A DNA stretch of 64,000 nt. Origin: Paraspadella gotoi. Taxonomy: Eukaryota > Animalia > Chaetognatha. Positions 55,701 through 64,000 of the stretch are shown here, piece by piece; the first letter of the stretch is position 1; every line of letters starts with the position of its first letter. The notes under the pieces are model-generated. The model saw nothing but the letters and a program-made list of their open reading frames with translations. It was not told the DNA's origin and did no database searches. The stretch is from assembly GCA_051294375.1 (NCBI GenBank), contig CM119265.1:26289472-26353471 (forward strand), written 5' to 3'. A program made the position numbers and the translations under genes.

Positions 55701-56902
55701 AATTCCTTCATTAAGTGTCCCAAAATTTAGAAAAAAATTATATTTTAGCTGAAAATTAACTTTTTATATATTAAAATAGTTTTTGTAATTTTAACCCACT
55801 ATGAAAGGAATTTTTGAAAAATTAATTATATTTTTCTTTATCAACTTTTGCGAGGAATTCAAATCTTGCCACTCAAAATAGAAAAGCCTATTTTGAAATT
55901 TTCATTTTATAAGGATAGTACTATAGATAGAATATAGCCTACTGCAAAATAAAAAACATAAAAATTAATTTTTTACAAATTAATGTTCACTGATGGTATG
56001 TTGTCATAATGACCTTTAGAATTTCGTACCGTAACTTTCATCTACGCCTTAATGACACGTATCCAAAGCACGATAATGGAGAGCGTTGGGAGATAACTAG
56101 AATTGTTTTTTGCTTTTGAAAGTAGGGAAATTATACGTATTTTCAATTTCCTTACCAAAAATGTTATTTTTTTCTTTTTATTTTTTTTTGCTGATGGATA
56201 GGATTTTATTTGTTTTCGGTTGTTTTTTTGTTTTTTTTTTGTACTCAGGCTAGCTTTATACGCACCCTGATTTCGCAAAAAAAAATTTTAATTTAAAAGT
56301 TAAAACGTTGTTATTTCAAATATCAAGAGGGGCGTAAAAGAGGAAAAAACTTTGTATTAGTTTCTTTTTTTTTGTTATCTTTTTATTTTTTTAATTAAAG
56401 TTTATTTGGGATTTAACAGGAATTTTGAACGGAGTTGACGTATTCAAGCTAGTTAGCGTTGTTTTTTCAATTAAGTCTCGTCGGAGGAGTGGGGATCGAA
56501 CACGACATGCCAACACGTTGACGTTAGTCATAATAACGAGGGTAATTAATAAGTGCAAAGTAGTTGTTACAAAGTTTATTAACGACGGACAATAATTAGG
56601 GTGATACAGTATGTTAACGAATGACACGATTGACCTCAAATGTTAAGACAAAGGTGATGACAATAATTAAACAGTTCCGAAAATATTTGAAAATGTTCTT
56701 TCTTGGTTTGGGCTTGATTTAAGGTGAATCCTTAGATTCTCTTAGCAATTTTGACCATCAATCCCTCCGTCGGTTCCTCTGTCCGTCATTGTTCATTCTA
56801 AGGTGAAAGTAGGTTCTTTATGCGTCGGCATGTCTATCATTCTCGTGAATGGGACCAATAATACAGTAATGCCAATGCCAAGCCGTTTATTCCACGATGC
56901 TA
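52758..56902 (-). mobile_element. LTR-type retroelement (~4.1 kb) in a CLCN6 intron, antisense; degenerate gag-like ORF and retropepsin-like motifs, no RT/IN seen
   Basis: ~385-bp direct repeats at 52758-53143 and ~56516-56902. On the minus strand the 3' repeat runs TGACATC...GTCAACA and is immediately preceded by the polypurine tract AGGAGGGGG (53144-53152). Internal A-rich coding-like sequence at ~55450-53151. Confidence 0.6.
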
Positions 56903-57562
56903 TTATTGCCCCTAAATGAATCTAAGTCGACCTCAGGTTGTTGCGCCCTTTAATTCAAGTGGCCCTTTGCTTCTCTCTCCTTCTCTCTCTCTCCTCTCTC
57001 CTCTCTCATCTCTCTTCTCTCTCTCTCTCTCTCTCTCTTTTCACCAGAGAAAAATGAGAAATGAAATGAAAAATTGCGAAATTCGCGGGGAATTGAATTC
57101 AAATAAAAAAAAGAGAGAAAAAAAAAAAGGGAAAAAAAGAAAGATTAAATTTCGTTCTCGCGGGTGAACATGGAATTTGATGGGGGGGAATCGCTTATTC
57201 TTTTTCGTGAGGAAAAAAAAGGAATTGAATTAAAATCGTGAGTACACAACGAGAGAGAAGCTGGAGGATGTCGGACGATTTTATGAAATAGGTACAACCA
57301 ATATAAAAATTATCCATCCATTTAATAAAATAAGCTTTCTACCAGGTAACAGGTTCGACGTGAAAAAATTTAAGGAACGAATTAAAATGTTTAAATTAAT
57401 TGTACAGTTTTTATGACATATACATAAAACTGTACTAATAAAAATCTCGCTCCTAGCGTAAGGCCAGTTGCTAAATCAATATCCGCCACCAGTTATTTCT
57501 TCCCTACCAGCCAGACAACTTACCCCTGCCTTACCAAACCATTTCCCCCTCAACCTCCCAAG

Positions 57563-57848
57563 CCGGGTCTGCTCTCCTTCGGCGAGTTCGTCTGCCCGAC
57601 CGCTCAACCCGATTGTCGACTCTGGAATTTCTACGACCTGGCGCTCTTCTCTCTGATGGGCGTCGGCGGCGGCCTCCTCGGCGCCATCTTCAACACGCTC
57701 AACGGAGACTTGACGAGATGGCGCCAGCGGACCGTCCACAGGCGCCACAAGTCCGTCCGCGTGGCGGAGGCGGCGCTGGTGGCCCTAGTGACGTCGACGT
57801 TGACTTTCGTGGCGGCGATGGGGCTGGGAGAGTGCAAGGAGTTGCCGG
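57563..57848 (+). CDS. CLCN6: CLCN6 exon
   Basis: cctcccaag|PGLLSFGEFVCPTAQPDCRLWNFYDLALFSLMGVGGGLLGAIFNTLNGDLTRWRQRTVHRRHKSVRVAEAALVALVTSTLTFVAAMGLGECKELP-g|gtgaga. Confidence 0.93.
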
Positions 57849-57877
57849 GTGAGATAAGGTGGGGAATAGAGGGATTG

Positions 57878-57935
57878 CAGCAAGATTGTAGCAAGATTTG
57901 CAGCAAGATTGCCGCAAGACTTCCGCAAGATTGCC
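57878..57935. repeat. 11-bp tandem repeat (gcaagattgcc-like) x5
   Basis: Direct inspection, just inside the intron after 57848. Confidence 0.8.
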
Positions 57936-58001
57936 TTAAGATGATCTCATCCGAGGCCCAATGGAAACCCATGGCTNNNNNNNNNNNNNNNNNNNNNNNN
58001 N

Positions 58002-58195
58002 CTCGCTCTCACCACCTTTCCCTTCCCCCTCCATCTCTTCCCTCACTTCCCTCCTCGTCTTCATCTTCCTCCAAATCACTCCTCCAAACTCTTATGAGTC
58101 AGGTTGTGTCTGGTGATGACTCCGAACGGCTGTCGACCGAGGGCGTTTGATCACCCAAGTGGTCGCGACCCCATCGACCCGAAGAGGTTGAACAC
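58002..58195 (-). CDS. CLCN6: CLCN6 probable last coding exon (VFNLF.SMG...GVITRHNLTHKSLEE + acidic tail); stop not resolved
   Basis: tttcacag|gtgttcaacctcttc...ggagtcatcaccagacacaacctgactcataagagtttggaggag...gaagatgaagacgaggag; truncated by a 25-N gap. Confidence 0.8.
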
Positions 58196-58672
58196 CTGTG
58201 AAAGAAAAGCCGGCCCCATTACTGTTTCTTAAAACGACTAACTTAAATTAAACTTAATTTATTACCAACCTGGAAAACCAAATCCTAACCCTGAGTCACG
58301 CAAAATCTAATATTTAACCCCGAAACCATGAATCCTTAAATCGTCTCTTTTCCGAGAGTGCCGCCCTTTTTGTTAATGTTTTCCCAAGAGTTAATTTAAC
58401 CCTTAGTCACTAAACTAATTGCACTAATCTATAATCCCAACGCCCTAACCTTAACCCATATTTTTTAACTAAAAGAATTAACCAATTTCCGATTTAAGAT
58501 AAAAATTAGACGTTCTTGGTAAATAAGGCCAATTTTATACTTATCCTTAACAATATCTCTAATTTTAAATCTCTAACTATCCTTTAAAATTAACAACTGG
58601 AACTTTAAATTCGCGAATACAAGAATGCGCGACCCGGGCGCGCCAAAAAAAATAATAAACATTTTCTACAAC

Positions 58673-58800
58673 CTGATACTGACGGGCATAATTGGCGGGC
58701 AGCGGTGTACGGGCTATGGGTTGATGTGAGGGCGTGAGGGTCCGACACGCGGGATTTGCCCAAGCGGCGCAAATACGGAGACCGTCGTGAATGGCGGTAG
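58673..58800 (-). CDS. CLCN6: CLCN6 exon (YP.IHD...DLTP.INP.PYT...V.Q), CBS2 start; frameshifted
   Basis: cacctag|ctaccgccattcacgac...cctcacgccc...atcaacccatagcccgtacacc...cag|gttgta. Confidence 0.7.
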
Positions 58801-58824
58801 CTAGGTGAAGGAGAGAGAGAAGTT

Positions 58825-58909
<85 letters not shown>

Positions 58910-59037
58910 GAGAAGAGAGAGGGGGGGAAAATATAGAAGCCTGTGAAGAAAAGCGCAGATGATTCACTATCCTCGTGCCGTGCTTAAACCTATACACATC
59001 ACACATTTATTCTCACCGCCACACCCAATCCTCTCAC

Positions 59038-59273
59038 CGGGATAGCTTGGCGGTCATCTCGGCTGTAGAGTCGAAGCCTCCACTGCGACTCTGCGCCTCT
59101 TCGGCGCCGTAGTAGACGCCCCGCTGAGCAGCCGTACCCAACTCGGAGCGAAGATGAGGGCCGTAGGAAGGTGAGCGGCCGCGGAGAAGTGTCGTCGCGC
59201 GGAGGCCGAGTGGGATCGCGACTCGGGCGGCATGAGGAGATTCTGGGAATGGCCGAAGTTTTAGAGGCAAAAG
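59038..59273 (-). CDS. CLCN6: CLCN6 exon (PLTF.GLILRSEL...RGVYY...AEMTAK.P); frameshifted
   Basis: ttgtcag|ctttt...ccgctcaccttc...ctcatcttcgctccgagttg...cggggcgtctactac...gccgagatgaccgccaag...cccg|gtgaga; corresponds to ClC-6 LTFHGLILRSQL...RGV.Y...YAEM..DYPR. Confidence 0.75.
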
Positions 59274-59445
59274 CTGACAAATGAATGTAATATAGACAAA
59301 GAACAATAAATACCGCAAACATCTTCAAACATTCGACGACAGTGAAGACAAAAAAATATTTAAGATTATGAAAAAAACAACAAAAGCAAAAAAACAACAA
59401 AAAAACAAAAAAAAAACAACGGACGCTGATCTGAATCGTTCCAAC

Positions 59446-60156
59446 CTCCCACAGCCGAAGCCTCGGATCGCTTCTCTCAGCCTCTTCAGAAATCCCAGCC
59501 TCGACGGAGATTCTCGAAACGAACGAGGAATGATGTTGTGTGCTGGTGATGTCGTCGCCGTTGTTTATGTTGGTTACTAGGCCGAAGTTGTCGTCCGCCG
59601 CTGTTGCACCGTCGCTGATGTTGATGCTGTGAGCTGTAGTACGTCCTCGTCTTCGTCCAGCCATCATCAAGCCCTCGGGCCTTTCTCCTCCAGAAGTGGC
59701 GGCAGCCGCCTCCGTTCCCGGAACGCGGCGCAGCGCCGCCTCCGCTTCGGCCCAGGCACAAGCCCGTCTCATGATTCGCCATCCTCTGTCTTCATTCTTC
59801 TCTCCTTCTCGCTACCACAAGAATTTGGCGGCGAAAACGAATTGTTGGGAGCGAGAAACTCCTTCTGCGCCTCTCACTCCTCCTCCTTCTCTTCGAACCG
59901 TGCCGGCGTCGAGCCGTCGCCGCCTCCAACCGAGCGCCTCCAACGCCTCGTCCCGAAAGCGGAGGGCCGAGTCGCCTGTTTGTGAGAGAAGGTGAATGTG
60001 CTTCCACGGTTGCTGGAGTAATAAATGATCGTCGTCTTTTTTCTCCGGCCAGTGTTGGCTCGTTGGAGATTTCTCTTCTTTCGTGGGAGGCGAAGTGACG
60101 ACCGGAAAAGGCGTCTGTGGCCCGTGCGTCCCTTGAGGATGTCGACAGGCTTGGAC
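59446..60156 (-). CDS. CLCN6: CLCN6 exon: end of CBS1 (VDIL...FPVVT) and long inter-CBS linker; frameshifted
   Basis: gtgccag|gtccaagcctgtcgacatcctc...ttttccggtcgtcact; GC-rich coding-like sequence continues to gag|gttgga (3' boundary uncertain). Confidence 0.65.
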
Positions 60157-60448
60157 CTGGCACGAAGGCGGGATTTCATAATGAATAATGTGAATAGATA
60201 TATACAAATCATTAAATCCCATGAATGAAAGAATTAATAATCTAATAAAGAATCAATCAAAACAGATGCAATCATGAAATAACTGGTGGCAATGACTAGG
60301 TAATTTAATAAAGAAACAGTAGAAGAATCACTCATTCAATCAATAATCTAAATCGTTTAAATAAATAAAACCAATAAATTAATTAATTAATAACGGCAAT
60401 CGTATATTCTATTAAATCATCCAAATCAATCAGAATCAATACCTCCAC

Positions 60449-60650
60449 CTTGGAATGAGGATAAACGTAAACCAAATCCAGTCCATGAGTCCTTGGCGCT
60501 GAAGACGATGCGCGGAAGTGGGCGGTTCCCACTCCGACGCAACAGGGAACGCCCTTGATGTTGATGTGTTTGTCGTAGATTCCTTCGTTAAAAAGTCGCT
60601 CGTCCATTTAGCTTACCATGAGGGCTGATCATGATGGGGAGGGCCCATAG
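60449..60650 (-). CDS. CLCN6: CLCN6 exon (YGLPIM...AKW...FNEGIYDKHINIKGVP...LVYVYPHSK), start of CBS1; frameshifted
   Basis: cctcccag|ctatggg...; FNEGIYDKHINIKGVP and DLVYVYPHSK are readable (central Tyr of the CLC pore in GIYD); donor aag|gtggag. Confidence 0.85.
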
Positions 60651-62589
60651 CTGGGAGGAAAAAAAGGATGTGAGATTGTAGAGAATAATATATAGATTAG
60701 AATATTACTAAGTTGAGATTGGGTTCTTCAATCTCATTTACATATTGGTATGTTCTGATTTAATATTAGCAAAATGTTAGGAAAAAGCGTTCACAAGAGG
60801 CAAAATTGACTCCGTTTTTATATGCAAAAATCTTCCTTCACTCTTGCCTGATAATAAAGCCAAGGCAAAAACTGCCTTATCATTCATAAACGTCCATTTT
60901 TATCTTAAAATTCGGAATAATATGTAATATTTTTTATACTATCATTATTTTTGAATTTTGTAATATTGTTTTTTTGATATTAAATATACTAAAATATATC
61001 TTATTTAAAAAAATTATTAATGGGTGTTTTTCTTATAATAAAGAATTTGTAGTTATTGTTTAATACAATCGTAAAGAAGAAGTTTATTGTAAATTATATT
61101 AAGATTCGATTCATGCATGGTATACTTTTATTCGTGTATGAATTAGATGATGTACAATTTATACTTAACATTTAAAATTTTTTTTTTAAATTTAATTAAA
61201 ATTAGGTTCAAAAAATGATTTGGTTGAAGGTTTGGTTTAAAGATTATATTAAGATATAAAGCTTAATAATTGAATTAAAGATTTATTTGAGGGATTAACA
61301 TTTAGATTTAAAGATAAGAGTTTAAAATTAGGATAAGGGTTAGGTTAATGGATTCAGGATTAAGTTAGGGTTGAGGGAATGGTTCATAGTTTTAAAAATA
61401 GTATTTCATTAAATATTAAAATTAAAATCTGGAATAAATAAACAGAAATGGGCCCACTCTAGGGAAAAGAAGCCGGAAAACAATGCAAGTAATCCGCGAT
61501 TTAGTGCAACGAATCTGAATTTTCTAAAAAAAACAAAAACGCTTCCAGACGGCGAAAACACCGAAGGCAACAAAATAAAACTAAGCTTCAATCAAAATGA
61601 TGAGTGAAACGCCGTTGCGGGCTAAAAAAAAGGAGAAAGGGGGAAAGAAAAGAAATGAAAGAAAAGAAAGGAAGTGGGAGAAGAGAAGATGAAAGGAAAG
61701 AAAAGCAAGGTAAGAGGGGAGAAGAAAGAAAAGGAAAGAAAAGAAAGGAAAGGGAGAAGAAAAGAAAAGGAAAGAAAAAAGAAGGAAGGGAAGAAGAGAA
61801 GGAAAAGGAAAAAAGAAAGAAGAAGGGGAGAAGATCAGATTTTAGGAACATAAAATCGAGTAAAAATATTCATTTTTAAAGAGAAAAGCATCCAGTGATA
61901 TTTTAAAATTGATTTGGAGTAAAATACGTAATTACGTATAATTAACGTCGGGGGCATCTTAAACGTTACTGGCCTAATAATGATTAGTGGCAGATGCTCG
62001 GCACTAACTATGTTTTCCCATTTTAGAAACTAGATAATAGATTTGAGTTTATATCTGATAAACATAACTGTGTGGCGGTAGATTTCACACCGCCGTCCAC
62101 GTCACACCATCCTTCAGCCAAATCCATTGGCTCAGAGGGGAACACACATCCCAGGGTAGTGTTCCATCCACAGTCCTAACGACTTCCTCTGCGTTTTGGG
62201 CAAAGCGAGACCGTCGCTGGGTAATCCGCCGCCAGTGACTGGAGGCGTCACTGAGGGTCGGAAGCCCCCAAAGGCCACAGTGAGATGCCCCCATGCCAAT
62301 GGCCATCACAGGCAACCCCGGCTGTTCCAATAACTGCTTCAATAATGTAAATGAACCTCAAGTTACTCGGCCTAACAATTACGGAACGCGAAAAAAACAC
62401 GGAAAAAAAAATTAAAAAGAACATGAGTAAAAAATGTAAAGCAAAGCAAAAAACAAAACTAAATAACCCTAAAACATAGTACAATAATAAACTAATGAAA
62501 TAAAATCAAAAACTGAATATTAAAAAATTAACAAAACAAAACGAAATCAAAAAAAAAAAAAACAAAATCAAAAAAAACAACCACTGACA

Positions 62590-62822
62590 CGAATGTTGTT
62601 CGTTGGACTCCGATGAGAATGACCGTCAAGTGAAATGGTCGATCCGCGCGAACGGCAGCCCGCCCAAGACGCCGGACGGCGCCCATGAGCGCGAAGGTCC
62701 CGTGAGGTAAAGGCAGCCGGTAGCCGAGGGAGAGAGAGGAGGTTGCCGAAACAGGCGTCCGTAGGCGGCGGCGCAAGTAGGCGGGACGACAGAGAGGGCC
62801 CGATGGCACTGAAGCGCCGTAG
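62590..62822 (-). CDS. CLCN6: CLCN6 exon (YGASVPSG...AAYGRL...GTFALMGA...TISLTVILIE), frameshifted raw-read copy
   Basis: cgccgcag|ctacggcgcttcagtgccatcggg...gcctacggacgcctg...gggaccttcgcgctcatgggcgcc...accatttcacttgacggtcattctcatc; phase 2 joins WT. Confidence 0.8.
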
Positions 62823-62969
62823 CTGCGGCGTGTAGAGGAGGGGGAGGGGAGAGAGAGAGAGAGAGAGAGAAAAATTTATAGCAAGACTTCAAAGGGCACA
62901 CAACAGCATGACTGTAAAAACGCAATGTCCACATCCATCCAACACGACGACTAATTCCAACCAAAATCG

Positions 62970-63300
62970 ACAACTATTCTCTTTCTGCGCATCCAATCAC
63001 GAACTCTCAAGTTTAAATTCAAATCAATAACAACTATCTCTTTCTCCATCCAATCAACGTAACTCTCAGTTTAATATCAATCCAATAAACAACTATTCTC
63101 TTTCTCCATCCATCACGAACTCTCTTTCTTAATTCAATCCATAACAACTATTCTCTTTCTCATGCCATCACGAGACTTCTCAGTTTAATTCAATCCAATA
63201 ACAACTATTCTCTTTTCTCCATTCCAATCACGAACTCTCATTTTAATTCCAATCCAATAACAACTATTGCTCTTTCTCCATCCCAATCACGACTTCCTCC
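62970..63300. repeat. ~56-bp intronic minisatellite (caactattctctttctccatccaatcacgaactctcagtttaattcaatccaataa), ~6 units; inverse copy at 63827-64000
   Basis: Tandem units visible on both sides of the 63.3-63.8-kb inversion. Confidence 0.85.
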
Positions 63301-63309
63301 AAACTCAGC

Positions 63310-63504
63310 GTCGCAACAGGCGAGGCAAGAAGAAGAAGAGATAAAAGAACGTTCCCCAACGAGGGACGAAAATTCCTTGCTGATGGAAGAGGTTGGCGAA
63401 TTGCGACCTTCTTTGCGGTTGAAGAAGAGAGTCCCATGTCGTTGTAGAACGCGAGGGACAGAAGAGATGTGCGACGACTGAAGCCTCGGCTGAGGTGGCG
63501 TTGG
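63310..63504 (-). CDS. CLCN6: Error-laden inverted copy of the CLCN6 FCP/YNDMAT exon
   Basis: Reverse complement of most of 63640-63817 with many indels; 5' start differs (cttcag|ccaacgccacc). Confidence 0.75.
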
Positions 63505-63630
63505 CTGAAGAGGTGGGTTGAGGGTGGGTGGGTAAGAGGGCGGTTGTGGGGCGGTGAGAGAGAGAGAGAGGAGATGAGAGAGAGAGAGAGAGTAGAGTAA
63601 GATCGAAGTGATCAGATTTCACTGCTCCAG

Positions 63631-63817
63631 TGACCGACACCGAGGCTCTCAGCGTCCGCACATTCTTCTGTCCCTCCGGTTCTTACAACGACATGGCGAC
63701 TCTCTTCTTCAACCCGCAAGAAGTCGCAATTCGCCAACTCTTCCATCAGCAAGGAATCTTTTCGGTCCCCTCGTTGGGGACGTTCTTTATTCTCTTCTTC
63801 TTGCTCGCCTGTTGGAC
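63631..63817 (+). CDS. CLCN6: CLCN6 exon (FCP...YNDMATLFFNPQE...LFH...ACWT)
   Basis: ctccag|(V)TDTEALSVRTFFCPSGSYNDMATLFFNPQEVAIRQLFHQQGIFSVPSLGTFFILFFLLACWT|gtgagt; phase-compatible with the donor at 57848. Confidence 0.9.
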
Positions 63818-64000
63818 GTGAGTTTGGGAGAGTCGTGATTGGGATGGAAAAGAGTCAATAGTTGTTATTTGGATTGAATTAAAATGAGAGTTCGTGATTG
63901 GATGGAGAAAGAGAATAGTTGTTATTGGATTGAATTAAACTAGAGAGATTACGTTGATTGGCATGGAGAAAGAGAATAGTTGTTATTGGATTGAATTAAA

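Noticed and set aside
57849-58150. Continuation of ORF 57656-58150 beyond ELP
   Set aside because: Reads through the gtgaga donor into an 11-bp intronic repeat, a gap and the antisense strand of the last exon.
58002-63504. A second, antisense CLC paralogue or pseudogene
   Set aside because: The overlapping exon and minisatellite mirror the + copy, the phases continue the + strand gene, and the indel pattern looks like uncorrected long-read error.
62970-64000. CRISPR-like array
   Set aside because: Units are contiguous tandem repeats without unique spacers, in a eukaryotic intron; no cas genes.

Overview
Eukaryotic (probably invertebrate animal) draft-assembly window with AT-rich, microsatellite-laden introns and GC-rich exons. 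The main gene is a multi-exon CLC Cl-/H+ exchanger most similar to ClC-6 (CLCN6), spanning about 32.1-63.8 kb; nearly the whole protein can be pieced together. Its exons are duplicated and partly inverted. The duplicates carry raw-long-read indels and abut 25-N gaps, which points to gap-filling/assembly artefacts rather than real paralogues. Near 3-4 kb are two exons from the C-terminal region of a phospholipase B1-like (SGNH/GDSL) protein. Mobile DNA includes a ~4.1-kb LTR-type element in a CLCN6 intron (PPT, gag-like ORF, protease-like motifs, no visible RT/IN), a tRNA-derived SINE, and a ~3.6-kb non-coding dispersed repeat present in two sequence variants. There is also an array of GC-rich inverted terminal-like units embedded in (GA)n. 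Most ORFs in the supplied track are microsatellite artefacts. I see no convincing wholly new biological system; the best candidates for follow-up are the gag-PR-only LTR element, the (GA)n-embedded inverted-unit array and the expanded ClC-6 N-terminus. All protein family calls are by motif recognition, not database search.
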